This document shows positions 28,616 to 49,600 of a DNA stretch of 64,000 nucleotides, one piece after another (the stretch's first letter is position 1; each line of letters begins with the position of its first letter). The notes under the pieces are model-generated. The model searched no databases, was not told the DNA's origin, and was given only the letters and a program-made list of their open reading frames with translations. This DNA comes from the human T2T-CHM13v2.0 reference genome, Homo sapiens. The DNA lies in NCBI RefSeq assembly GCF_009914755.1, contig NC_060930.1; one strand, written 5' to 3'. A program made the translations under genes and the position numbers.

Positions 28616-29756
28616 GATTCATGCAAGGAAGGGGCCCTGAGGCTGAGCATTACTAGCTTCCCTGTACATTGGTCTCTATTTACTCTTGTTCTATAATTCA
28701 TACCCTTCCAAAGCTTGCCAAAACTGCCCCCCTAAAATCCCTCCGTCTCCCACCTTGACACAGATGAAATCCTTGAACTTTGTTGCCCAAATAGCTTCAA
28801 GAACATCTGTGTCTACTGAAGGTTGAGCCAGAGCTTAGTCTTCTCCCACTGGCCAGTGGGGTCAGTGGTGGCATGAACCCCCAATATCACTGTCTCTTTG
28901 TTAGGTAAAACAACTTGTATATTTATGGCAGGTGGTACCAGAGCAATAAGCTGTGGCTGCCACTGCACACAGCAAGTTAGGCTTCTGCTAATTCAGAGGA
29001 TAGCCCCTCATCATGTTCAGTCGGGGGTGTAATCACACGCAGATTTTTTGGGACTCAAAAGTGTTGCAATCTTTAATTGCCATAAACCTTCAATCCTTCC
29101 ACAAAGCATGCTGAAGGATGAGCTTTTTGGCACTGTGGTTGCAGGGTTGGCATGGATTTTTGGCATTCGTCCCACCTCCTATCTCAAACCAGTAGTCCCT
29201 CCAACCTGACATCATGGTGTTGGGGGAGACCTCTGAGTGCTTGGCACAGCCAGCCATATGGTATGGAGCCACTTCTGTGGCTGTACCACCATCTGACAGT
29301 AAGCTCACGAGAGACCCCAAGGGAGAGAACTGCCTGGTCACGCACAGCCAACCTCCTTTTCCCCTTAATGGAACATTCTCTCAGGAAGCCTGGCTGTTTC
29401 TAACAAATTGATCTTGGCCCAGAGCCATCCCAATTTGTACAAGATTTTATATCCCTGCACCTCAATAGTCATGAGAGAGCTGGCTTCTCAGTATTTTTCT
29501 CCCAGGCAGACTGCTCTGGCCCACCAGGTGAATCAGTAGCTGTGTTTAGATGGTTAGGAGGTTCCTTCCAAGTTTAAAACAGTATCTAAGCCTCAACTGT
29601 AAATCAATTGGAGAGACTCCCCAACCCTGATCACCAGCACTGTCAGAGCTCCAGTCCCCACTCTACCAAGATGTCCTTTTAGAAAGATAAGGACTAAAAA
29701 ATGCTCACTGAGCTTGGTGATGACAGTCAGTAGAGGGGTAGGAAGAGAAGCCATGC

Positions 29757-30425
<669 letters not shown>

Positions 30426-31249
30426 TCACAGCTGAAGAATCAGTGGGAGACAAAATGGAAACAGTACATTAGGATAACTCTGAAGAAATGTGTCTGCGAT
30501 GAAGTCAAAAGAGAAGGAGCTGGAGGCCCCGGGAGTGCAGACGGCATTTCAGTGCTCACAGGAGAGCGTCCGTAGATGGCGAGGACAGAGAAGGGGTTAC
30601 CAGGGGTGAGTTCCTGAGGAGAGCAGGGCTGTCACTCGAGGAAAGGTAGTCCTGCGGGGAAAGGAGAAAGGAGTTGGGCGGCGACAGGGAGTCCGCTGTC
30701 CTCACAGCAAGAAACGGAAGGAGGTTCCCTCAGGGCTCTTTTGCCTCCCGGAAGTACAAGGCGCCTCCATCTTCACAGCATGAAGGGTGCGGGATGGGGC
30801 AGGAGACCGGAGGGAGTTGAGGTTTTGCACCCGATAAGGAGACGCATAAAGGGAACGGGTGGGGACACAGGGCCCCTGCAGCCTCAGGAGGATCAGCAGT
30901 GGCCTGGTTTACTCGTGTCGTCATTCGTCGTGGGCACCTTGTCCCCGGGGCCGGCCAGTTACTTGGCCTCCTGGCTCATCATCCTGCCGGAAGCATCTCC
31001 AGCTTGGGGATGTTGGAGGGTCCCTGGCCCCACCTGGCTGGGGATGGAGTGTGTGAGCTGCCCTGGGCTGAATCTGGGTGCGGGAGGAGAGGGGACTTAG
31101 AGGAGAGAGGGACAGTGAACTTGGTTTTGTGTGACTGGCTGGAGTGACAATGACAAACGACTGTGTTTGAAATATTAACTTTCCTTCTCTCATCAAGAAT
31201 TCATTGTACCTGCCTGGCCCCTGAAGGTGACTGAGTTTGCAGTCCCTGA

Positions 31250-31683
31250 TGTTATGGGCTGAACGTTTTTGTCCCCCCAAAATTCATACGCTGAAGCCCT
31301 GACTCACGATGTGCTAGTATTTGGAGGCAGGGCCTTTGGAGGTGATGAGGGTTAGATCAGCTCATGAGGGTGTGGTTCCTATGATGGGATTAGTGCCCGT
31401 AACGGAAGAGGAAGACAGCAATCTACACACATACACTCACACACCCCGTCCCTTTCCCTCCTCGCAGAAGCCGAGGAGATGCCATGTGAGGGTGCAGCGA
31501 GGAGTTGGGCTGTCTAAAAGCAAAGAAAGAGATTGCATCAGACACCGCATCTGCTGACACCTTGTTCTTGGACTTCCAGCTTCCAAAACCGCGAGAAATA
31601 AATGTCTGTGTCTAAACCCCAACCCTACCACCTCAACTGCCGTGTGTGGTGTTTTGTGATGGCAGCCCCAGCTGACTGAGACA
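31250..31683 (+). mobile_element. MLT1A/MSTD-like LTR
   Basis: tgttatgggctgaacg..gtccccccaaaattcata..ggacttccagc..aataaatgtctg..gctgactgagaca. Confidence 0.8.
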
Positions 31684-32959
31684 CCTGGTTAGACCGGAAT
31701 AAGCAGGTGAGGAGTACTGGGGGAGGGGTGAGAGAAGAAACTAGACTGGGCCAGATGACTGGGGGAGGGGAGACTGCCTTGCTAAATATTGTGCATTTTA
31801 ACCCAAAGGCCATGACAAGCCACCAAGGCAGGGTATGCCACAAACTTGGGGAGCCCCAGACACCTTGGAAAAGACAATGTCATTTGTGGAGAAAATGCCC
31901 CCCCCCCCCACACACACACACTTTTCAAAGATCATCTGACCTTTATGAAAGAATAGGTCCTCTGGTTCTTAGTGTTAGAGCTCAGTAAGCAAAGGTGGTT
32001 GCTTGAATTTGTAAAAGCCCTTTTTTGAATCCAACAGTACCTGAGTCCCTTAAGAGTGGCCAAAGAAGAAAGAATCCACTGAGTTGACATTCCAGTTCAG
32101 TAAGTTGTAGGGACATTGTTTCGAAAGAATCTGCAGGCAAGGGAACACCAACCCGTAACTCACCTCAAGCCCAGTCCTTTCCAGAACCTTTGCCTGTCTG
32201 TGAGCAGTGATGGATTATTGCAAATGTTGTTTAGTTTCATTTGACCTACTTTGCAAAACCAAGTTTCAATATATGAGTAACTGTGGGAGCTAAGGCCACT
32301 GCATTTGATCTCTCTGAATATCCTTTCTACCCACCAGGCTGCAATCGGTAGCAGTCACCATTGAACATCCTTGAAGCAATTCTTCCAAAATTACCTTGCA
32401 TCAAAGACTGCACAAGAACTGCTCTAAGCGGAAGGACTGATGTCGGCAACCAGGGTTCCACCAGGGGCTGCAGACAGCCCTTGACCTTCAGGTGGGAAGG
32501 TGTCACTGAGTTCAGACCCTCTGGCAATCCCTAGCTATCAACATTTTGATAAGAAAATAAGTGGAAAGGTAAAATTAGACAAAGACATTATTACCTTAGA
32601 GGACAATTAAGCATTGGTGGCTAATCTAAACATATCCTTACAATTTTTATTTTAGTACTAGCTATGATTTATTGTAGGTTTTCCATCTGTGCCAGGCACT
32701 AACAGCACTATGAATTGCCTATACCACGCTACAATCACCAGATTTTTCTCTTTTATTATTACCACTTATAGATCAGGACATTGAAACTCATTTGCCCAAA
32801 GTATGCCAATGGAAATTGGTGGAGCCAGGTTCTAACCCAAATATCTAGGTCTTAAGTGATTACTTTTAACCACTGTACTGCAATTTACTACTGGGAGGAG
32901 GAATAATAATATCTATACTTGATTGATTAATGCCTACATACTAATCACTTTACTAAGCT

Positions 32960-34390
32960 CTTTTTTAAATGTTTCATTTCATTTGTAATTGACACATAGC
33001 AATTGTACATATTTATGGGGTTCAGTGTGATGTTTCAGTGCATGGATATATTGTATAATGATCAATTAGGGTAATCAGCATATCTATCACTTTAAACATT
33101 TATCCTTTCTTTGTGGTGAGAAAATTCAAAATCTTCTCTTCTAGTTATTTTGAAATATACAATATATTATTATTAGCTATAGTCACCCTAGTGTGTAATA
33201 GAACACCAGAATTTATTATTTCTGTCTAACTGGAATTTTGAAACCATGGACCAACTTCTCTTCTCTCCCCAACTACCTTCCTCGTCCTCTGGTACCACTA
33301 TTCTACTCTAATTATATGAGATCAAGCTTTCAAAAAAAAATGCTTGTCAACAAATAATAATTGTACATATTCATAAGGTACATAAGATGTTTCAATACAT
33401 ATAATGTATAGTGATCAAATCAGGGTAATTAGCATATATGTCATCTCAAATGTTTATCATTTATTATATATTTGTGTTGGAAACATTCAACATCCTCCTT
33501 TTAGCTATTTGACACTATTCACTATACTACTGTTGACATTCTACAGTGGTGTAGAACACTAGAACTATTCCTCTTTTCAAGCTGTAATTTGTAGCCTTTA
33601 ACAACTCTCTCCCTATCCCTCCCTTCCTGGGACCCTTCTCAGCCTCTAGTATCTTCTGTTTACTTTTTACTTCTTGAGATCAACTTCTTTTAGCTGCCAC
33701 CTATGAGTGAGAACATACAGTGTTAATCTTTCTGCTCCTGGCTTGTTTAACATAATGTACTCTAGCTTCATCCATGTTGCTGCAAATAATAGGATTTCAT
33801 TATTTTTTATAGCTGAATAGTATTCCATGGTATGTATATGCCACATTTTCTTTATCCATTCATGTGTGGTCAGACAACTAGGTTGATTCCATGTCTTGGT
33901 TATTGTGAACAGAGCTGCAATAAACCCGGGGCTGCAGATGACTCTGTGATATAATGATTTCCATTCTGTTGGATAAATGCCCCGTAGTGAGATTGCTGGA
34001 TCATATGGTACTTCTATTTGTAGTTTTTTGAGGAACCTCCATACTGTTCTCCAGAGAGATTGTACTAGTTTAAATTCCCACCAACTGTGTAGAAAAGTTC
34101 CCTTTTTTTCTGCATCCTCACCAGCATGTGTTATTTTTTGTCTTTCTGATAATAGCCATCCTAACTGGGGTGAGCTAATACCTCATAGTGGTTTTGATTT
34201 CCATTTCGCTGATGATTAGTGATATTGAGCACATTTTCATATATTTGTTGGACATTTGTATGACTTCTTTTGAGAAATGTCTGCTCAGATCATTTGCCCG
34301 TATTTTAACTGCATTGGTTTTTTGCTGTTGAGATGTTTGAGTTCCTTGTATATTCTGGATACTACTCCCCTGTCCAATTAGTAGTTTACA
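32960..34390 (-). mobile_element. L1MA-type 3' fragments (two adjacent 3' ends)
   Basis: aattgtacatatttatggggt occurs twice; atgagtgagaacat..tccatgttgctgcaaat..gctgaatagtattcc. Confidence 0.8.
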
Positions 34391-35299
34391 CAACACTAGG
34401 CACCATACCAGGTTCTTTACACAGGTTATTTCATTTACTCCTCACTCCAACCCTATGAGGGAGGTGCTATTGCTACTACTCTCATTTTACCCACAGAGAG
34501 TTCAGCAGAGGTTCATAACTTCCCCAAAGTCACACAGCTTTTGTGGCAGATGGAGCAGGGTTGGATGCCAGAGCCAGGCCCTCTAGCCCCACGCCTCGCT
34601 GCTGCAGGAGCCCGCCCATCTGCAGTCACTGCCACAGGCATCAATGGTAGTACCCAGATTAAGGATTTATTGAGCACCTACTGTATTCACAGAACTCTGA
34701 TCAGTCTGAAAGCCCAAGCAATGAAGCAAACAAAGCCAAGGAATGATAGAAATCACAGAGTTCAAACCAGAGTCTAGGGCCTGAAGTGCACAGCATGGGC
34801 CAGGTTAAAGTGAATGAAACATTCCTATTTTGATCCTTTTCATTATTTATCATTCATACCCATAAATACCTTTAAGGGGATTAGTTTTAGTTGCAAAGTG
34901 AACAACAAGTAGGCAACAAATTAGCTCTTCCAACATTTTCTTCTCCTGAAAAGGCTCTTTGAAAGCCCTGTTTTGCAGAAACTTGCTCCTTTTGCATGAC
35001 GGGTAAATCGTAGGAGACCTGGTAGATTATGCTACAAACTTAATGTGGAAAGGTTGCTTCATCCAAGATCCTGGAGTTTTCGTAGACATTGTCCTGATAC
35101 TTCCCCTTGGGCAATACCAGCGCCTGCAGGCAACAGCTCTGACGCACTTAAGACTTAAATACTACCCACAGAAGTGCTGGCTTGGCTGGGAAAACCTTTT
35201 GCTAAATAGAAGAACAACATTTTTTTTTCTTTTCTGGAATTTGCAAACAGCATTTATTCTCAGCCTTGCCTTCCAAACGTTCCAATTGGACATTGCTGG

Positions 35300-35910
35300 G
35301 CAGCGTGGAAGCAGAAGCGAACGTCACCCAGGCCGGCAGGGGGCGGCACACCCCACACTTCGCTGCGCGCCCTCGCCTCCTTGGGAGGGAGTGTCCAGCT
35401 CCCAAAACCTGTCGTGGGTTTTGTCCCAAGTGACTTCAGCCAGCAGATGGTTCAAGTCCTGAGGCTGCAAAATTCGGGGTGGAAGGAGTGGGGCGTAAGG
35501 CTGAGAGTGGGGAGAGCAATCCAGGGGCGCCAGGGTGGGAGCCGCAGCGGGCCCGCGGCCGCCCGGAGGACACTGATGCTTCTGGAGCTCGCGAAGGGTC
35601 CCCCGCGGGAGAGGAACAAGGCCGCTTGCGCTCCGCAGAGGCGCAGGCACGGGGCTGGGGCCCGGGGCGGGGGCGCGGGTGGGCGGACCCCTCCCGCAAG
35701 CCCATGATGGCCAGGCCAAGGCCGCTGGGAAAGGCAGGACGCTCGCCCATGCGCTGCCAGCTGGGCTTTTCTCCTTCGCCCGCCCTGTGTTCCAGGGCGC
35801 GACCCCGTTCGGTCCAGCCGCTGGCTCCGGGGCTGAACCCCAGGTAGGTGGGTCGGAGCCCCTGAGAGAACTGGGGCTTGAGGGCGTTTCTGCTTCCAAG
35901 CGCAAGCACG
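35300..35910 (+). promoter_or_regulatory. CpG island / probable promoter and first exon (donor CAG|GTAGGT after 35843)
   Basis: Very high GC and CpG density, GC boxes (GGGGCGGGGG, GGGTGGGCGG), and a strong 5' splice site at the 3' edge. Confidence 0.8.
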
Positions 35911-36611
35911 GGGAGCCCTGATGCTCCAGCCCCTGGACACTGGATTGGAAACTGGCAAGGGTAGGAGATGTTTTGCAGGAGGCCGCCCTCTGTCTTCCTC
36001 TGTTCTAACACCTGCTGGACACAGGGAATCCTGATACCTGTATTTTTTACCAGAAAAAAATTCTAACAGCAGAAAAGTCAATGTGATGGGTTACGCCTCC
36101 TTAACGTGCCCCATTTGACCTTGTAAGCTTCCTTCCACAGGCTGACCTTGTTTTGTGCAATCAGTGTGATCTTTTGTCAGCTATGCAAAACAGTTTTTGT
36201 TTACTGAATCTGGTTTAAAAGGCAAGAAGTTGCTTCCCATAGGGCACTTTGATCCTTGGTGTAGGGCACTTTGATCCTCGGTGGAAAGGGATGTGTATGC
36301 CTTGAAACATGGAGAGTCACATGCGATGCTTGGTTTTGTGTAGAACTAACATGAGATAATCTTTTCACTGGTTTTCAGAATTGTGGAGAATTCACTTAGG
36401 AAAATAAGCATGTGTATCAATGGATGACTAATATGGACATGTACTTTAACTGATTTCACAGAAGCAGTGCTCCTGATATTTTGAGACACTAATTTTATTT
36501 GGTTCTTCTTTACCATATGATCAATTAGCTGCTTACCTCATAAGTTACAGAGGGAGAAGGTACTTCCTGTTTTCTCTTTATATCTCTTGTCCCTTATTTA
36601 AAGAAGCAATA

Positions 36612-36906
36612 GGGCACGTGCAGTGCCTCACTCCTGTAATCCCAGCACTTTGGGAGGCCAAGACAGGAGAACTGCTTGAGCACAGGAGTTCAAGACCAGT
36701 CTGGGCAACATGGCAAGACCTCATCTCTACAAAAAATACCAAAAAAATTATCCGGGTGTGGTGGCCGCACGCCTGTAGCCCCAGCTACTCGGGAGCTGAG
36801 GTAGGAGGATGATTGAGCCCAGGAGGACAAGGCTGCAGTGAGCCGAGATTGCACCACTGCACTACAGCCTGGGCAGCAGAGCGAGAGCTTGTGCCAAAAA
36901 AAAAAA
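36612..36906 (+). mobile_element. AluJ
   Basis: ttgagcccaggaggacaaggctgcagtgag. Confidence 0.9.
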
Positions 36907-37085
36907 TATTTTTTAAAAAAAGAAGTAATAAAGGAGAAATCTTTTTGCTACGTTTAACTTATCCTCCACTATTCTAAAGTTTAAGCTTCAATAATTTATA
37001 AGTACAGTGACATTAACACTTTAAAGTTAGCTGATATGCTGATATGCTTAAAAACTGGAAAATATTTCAATTTTAAAAAATTCTA

Positions 37086-37373
<288 letters not shown>

Positions 37374-37879
37374 TTCTATTCCATCTAGTAATTGACGCAT
37401 ATGATACATATGCATACATGTGTAAAAGTGTATATCTATTCATATGTATATGAAATAGGTATATTATACATTGTACTGAGTTTATACTTTTATTGGCCTT
37501 TTTGACTTTAAAAGTGGGTTATACAGACCTGTGAAACAAGCAGCAAAAATGAAAACACTGCACTTTTGTGTGATTCCGTAAACACACAAGAATAGTGGAG
37601 GTCAGGATCCATGCTGCTGGCCAGGCGTTAAGTTGGCGTTATCAATAATCACTGTAGTCTCTGTGGGTGCTGATGAATCTGAATTCCCCACATGTCGTGC
37701 CTTGGGAATTGCTCCTTTGACTAGATTACTGTTTTGAGGTTGACGCTGTTGTGTTTCTTACAAGAGTAGAAAACAAGTGCACAAAAATGGATTTAGGTAA
37801 GTGGAAATTTAATGCAGTCACAGCAGTGCCCCACACAAACAAAGTGATCTACAAATGTAGCCTTGATAAGGGTCCCTCG

Positions 37880-38075
37880 CTAGGCCAGTCGTCACCTACT
37901 CCCTCTGCTGGATGACAGCCCTCCGGTATCTGCACTCAGCTCCCACGTTCCTGGAGCTTCTCTTCTCAGACTGCGCAGCGCCCAGAGCTTCAGGTCTCTC
38001 CATATCCTTCATCAACACCTCCTGAAAGCGTGAGACCTTGGAGAGGCCCATGTCCTCCAGGTGTGGCCAGGAGAG
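37880..38075 (-). mobile_element. L3/CR1 remnant
   Basis: Minus strand gagaagagaag..gggctgtcat..gaggg resembles the CR1 ORF2 3' region. Confidence 0.45.
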
Positions 38076-38727
38076 CTGAGACAGAGCCCTGGGGTCCTTT
38101 CTTATCAACCCTTGTTTGGGTGTTCTATTTCTGTTAATCCTCCAAATAGTCATTTTAAAAAATACCATTCATTTTAAACCGGTAGCTCAGCTGTCCTGTG
38201 TAAGCTCCACACCCTCAACTCTATAGCTGATTACGTAGTTCATTATTAAGCTAATTTAAGAAATGTTAAATATATGAAAAAGTACAGAGGGAGCAAACAT
38301 TGAAGCAACTTACCAACTTTCCCACAACCTGCAGTTAACAATTGTGAACATTTTCTCCTTTTAACTTTTCCCCAGTCCCTGGAACTTTCTGGCTCATCCT
38401 CTCTTCTCTAACCCAGTCTCCCTCAGCCACAATCATGATGAAGTGTGTACTCATCCAACCTGTTTTGGAACATTTAAAAATTCTTTTAATTAGTTTTTAA
38501 AAGTCAACTTTATATATGCTCATAGTTTAAAGAGTCAAAAAGTTCTATAAAAAAGCTTGAATTTCCTTCTCCCCAGAGGCAAACACTTCGACTCTTTAAA
38601 CTGATCCTGTTGGCATTTACCTTCAAATCTCTAAATAACCTTCTGACCCTGGTACTTCTTTTTTCTCTTTTAATCATTACCTATGGACTTCCCACCCTGC
38701 AATATTAGGATTTAATTCTCTTTAATG

Positions 38728-39060
38728 TACCATCAACAATATACCACACACACACACACACACACACACCATACATACACTGTGTGCACACATACCGCAC
38801 ACACCACACACCTCACACAACACACCACACACCCACAACACACCATACACCATGTACACACACAGACCACACACAGATCACCCACCACACGCTGCACACA
38901 CACACCGTACATACACTATGCACATACACCATGCTTACACCATGCACACACATCATATACACACCTCACACATACCACAAATCCATAACACATATACAGT
39001 CACACCATGCACACCACACAGCATGCACACACACACCACACCCACACAGTATGCACACCC
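38728..39060. repeat. CA-rich degenerate simple repeat
   Basis: ~330 nt of CACA/CATA/CACC variants. Confidence 0.92.
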
Positions 39061-45300
<6,240 letters not shown>

Positions 45301-46310
45301 ATTAATCATATCACTCCAATTTTTCTTTTGTTGCATGTGCTTTTGGTGTCATGTCCAAGAATCCTTTGTCAAATTCAAGGTCATGAAGATAAACCCTATA
45401 TTTTCTTCTAAAAGCATTATGGTTTTAGCTCTTATATATATGTTCTTTTGCATGTGGCTATCCATTTGTCCCACCACTATTTGTTGAAAAGACTTTTTCT
45501 CCATTTGCACCCCTGTTGAATATCAATTGACTCAGTAATCTTAATATCTTGTATGTCTATAAATGTCTTAACTCTACCTTTATACCTAATTAACGGTTTG
45601 GCTGGGTAAATAGTTCATTTTTACTCAGAACTACTTTTTAGTTTCTGTGGCACTGTTAAGATGTCTTATGCCATTCTCATTCTTTATGCTTTGCGTGCAA
45701 CCTGTATTTTCTCTCTAATAATTTGTAGGACTTTTTTAATGCTAGTACTCTAATACTTCATTATGACATACACTCATGTGGGTTTGCTTTTTGGGAGGGC
45801 CATTTAATTACACAAATTCACGTCCTTTAGTTCTAGAGATTTTTCTTCATCTTCATTATAAACACACATATACACACATACATATGCATACATGTGTTTC
45901 ACTTTTACGTTGTTCATATATATAAATACACAGACATTATGACATCTCAGTGATATATACACACACATTTTGACATTTTACCCAAGAAAATATGGATATT
46001 CTTATACATAACCATGATACTCTTTCAACATACTTTTAAACATTAAAAATAATTCCGTAACATTATTTAATACCCTGTTTATATTCTAGTATCTCTAATT
46101 GTCCTCAAAATGCCTGTTATAGTCGTCATTGTTCTTTGAGTCAGGATCCAGTCAATATCACGTATTACATCAGGTTGTTGTGTCTCAATTCTTTCTTAAT
46201 CTAGACTAGCCCTACACACACACAGGCACACACACACATGCACACATACACACATGAATACATACACACACTTTTTCTCATTGTTCATTAAATTTGATTT
46301 TCCTGATTAG

Positions 46311-46680
<370 letters not shown>

Positions 46681-46819
46681 TGTTTTGTTTTGTTTTTAGA
46701 CACACACAGGGTCTCTCTATGTTGCTCAGGCTGGTCTCAAACTCCTGGCTTCAGGTGATCCTCCTGCCTCAGTTTCCCATATAGCTGGGATTATGAGCAC
46801 AAGTCACCACATCCAGCCA
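46681..46819 (-). mobile_element. FLAM monomer
   Basis: Single left-arm monomer with T-rich tail. Confidence 0.75.
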
Positions 46820-48085
46820 TTTTTCAAAAAATGTTACCTATCCCTCCCAGTGTTCCTTTTCCAGGTCATGATAAAAGCACCGAATAGAACTGGACCGATG
46901 ACATGGCCCTCTGACATGGCACTAGAAACTGCCCTTCAAGTGGATGGTGATCTATCCAGCAAGAATTTTTGGATACAGTAATGTCACCTGCTATAATTTC
47001 ACTTCATGCTTCTGCTTTTTGCACAGGGCTAGTGTGAGCATCCCTGTGCAATGGCTTATTGGGAAATTGATGTGCATTGCACCGGAAGCAATCTCCTCAT
47101 CTTCCTGCTTACTCATCAGACTGAAAAAGGCAACACAGACTACCATTCATTGTGTGGCTACAAGGCACTATGCATTTTCATACAATATATCTAAAGCCCA
47201 TAATACTCACCAAAATAAACCATTGCTGCCACAATTTAAGAGATGAGTGGAATGAAGCTCAGGGGTAAAGTAATGGGTTTAAATTATAGTCTTATCTGAC
47301 TCCAAAAAACATTCTCTTGCTATTTCTTCATACAGCTTATCAGGATCACCATGTCCTGATCTTTTCCTGAGCATTCAGTCTCCTATTTCCTAAGTGCTCA
47401 GCAAAACATTTGCCAGCCCAATTCTTAATTTCATTATCATCAGCAAAATGAATAATCAGAATTAATTGGTGAATGGTTTCTTCCTAGCACCCCTTTAAGA
47501 AACTTTCCCCTGCAATCTCCATGGGCACTAGCTTCAGCCCTTGAGTATAAATAAGTCAGTAATAAAGAATGTAGGAGCCTAATAATAAAGAGTCTGGGTT
47601 TTTAATTATTAAAAAAAAGTTTTAAATTAAATCTCCTCCAAACATAGACACACACACACACGTACACACACACACACACGATGTGAAAATCTCAAAGACA
47701 ACTGATGATTACTTTTATGCAAATTTATGTGATAGTAAAGAAATGCACAGTAGGTATGAATCTCTACATTTTCCTTACCTTTCAAGAAATAACTTTAAAG
47801 AAAATAGGAATATTGTTTAGTATAGGAAACTCTGGCCAATAAGCTGAAATCTATACCTGCATCTAGAAGCCTCACCTGAGAGATGGCTAAGCCTATTTCC
47901 TAGCCCCCAAATCACCTTGATACCTATGCCATCTCCTCACGGGTGGTAATCAGAGAAAGCTGTAAAATCCCTTCTTTGATCCCTTCTGGGACTTCACCGA
48001 TTGGAGTGGCTCTTTTCTTTGGTTCAATTATATCAGAAAATAATTAAACATGTTGGAATGAATAAATAAGTTAACTTCCAACATT

Positions 48086-48390
48086 TTCTTTATTTTATTT
48101 ATGTTTTGAGACAGAGTCTCACTCTATCACCCAGGCTGGAGTGCAGTGGCACCATCTTGCCTCACTGCAGCCTCAACTCCCCCATGCACGGGTGATCCTC
48201 CCACCTCAGCCTCCCAAGTAGCTGGGACTATACGCTCATAACAACACACTCAGCTACTTTTTATATATTTTGCAGAGACCAAGTTTTGCCATGTTGCTCA
48301 GTTTAGTTTTGAACACCTGGGCTTAAGTGATCTGCCCACCTCAGCCTACCAAAGTGCTAGAGTTATAGGCAAGAGCCACTACACCCGGCC
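48086..48390 (-). mobile_element. AluJ
   Basis: Dimer; TSD ccaacattttc. Confidence 0.9.
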
Positions 48391-48519
48391 CAACATTTTC
48401 ACATACATAATTGCAAAACATTTGTCTTTTGAAAACTTTATATTATAAATTCTTTAGATAGAAACAAAAAGTTATTAGGAAACCAAAATTAAAATGAAAG
48501 GCAATAAAATATTGGTTAT

Positions 48520-49600
48520 TCTTCCATGTATTCATGTAACAAATGTGTGTGGATTGTGCACCATATCATAGACCCTGGGACAAAGCTGAAATGAAGAACA
48601 GGCAGGCATGGCCATAGCCCACACTGAGCTCACAGGTGAGTGGGGTGACAGACAAGGACACAGGCAATTACACTCAGTATGGGAAACCCACAGTGGGGAA
48701 GCAAGGGGTGGTGGGTGTCCGTTGGAGGCCTAACCCAGCATTGGTGGAGAGGGTCAGGAGAGACTTCTGAGGTCATTTCTGTGCTGATATCTGAAGGAAG
48801 AATGAGTGAGAAAAGTTGGCTGAGGGCGTGGGGATGGAATAATCTTTCAGGCAGAGGGAAGAATATTTGTAAGATCTAGAGCTATTTGAAAGGCACCCAT
48901 ATTGGAGGATATAAGCATAACTGATAGTGCCTGTGAGATGGGTATTGCCAAAATGTGAAGCTGGAGAAGTAAACCAAGATCAGACCATGAAAGTCTTTAC
49001 AACATACCAGAGAGTGACATATTGGGTTGACATATCAGTAGGGTAATGCTGTGGGTAGGAGTTCAGTTAGGAGAATGTTGAAATAATGCAGGTGCAAGGT
49101 GACAGTGGCCTGAACCAGGATAATGGTGATGAGTGTCTAGGGAAGCAGGTGGCCAAGGATGGACTTGGATGGATTGGATTGGGAAGTGGGGATGGAGTGG
49201 TAGGCAAGGAATAGGGAGAGGTGGAGTACAGAACCCAGGTTTCTGATTTGTGTAAAAGGTGATGATGTTCACTGATGAAGGAGAACACAGGAATAAAAAC
49301 GGATGGCAGGGAATGTGGGAACTTGACGGGTGGGTTGAATGTTCAAATAGAAGCATACAGACAGGTATCAGACATACATGTAGTCTAAGGGATATAAGCA
49401 TGGAATTCTCAGCACAGAGAGGCTTCTTGAAGCCACAGGAGTCCACATGCAGGGTGAGAAGGGAAGAGAGATCAAGGCACAATCCCTGAGGAACTCCAGC
49501 ATCAAAGGAGGAGAGCTTCAGGAGACGAGGAAACATGGAGGAAGACATAGGCTTTTAGGGAGACAGTGGAGTATGATGTCACAGGCTCGACAATGAACAA
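48520..49600. mobile_element. L2 fragments
   Basis: tgagctgatatctgaaggaagaatga-like and gtggcctgaaccaggataatggtgatg motifs. Confidence 0.6.

Noticed and set aside
35324-36081. Overlapping 190-209 aa minus-strand ORFs
   Set aside because: Expected stop-codon depletion in a CpG island; low-complexity P/G/A/R composition.
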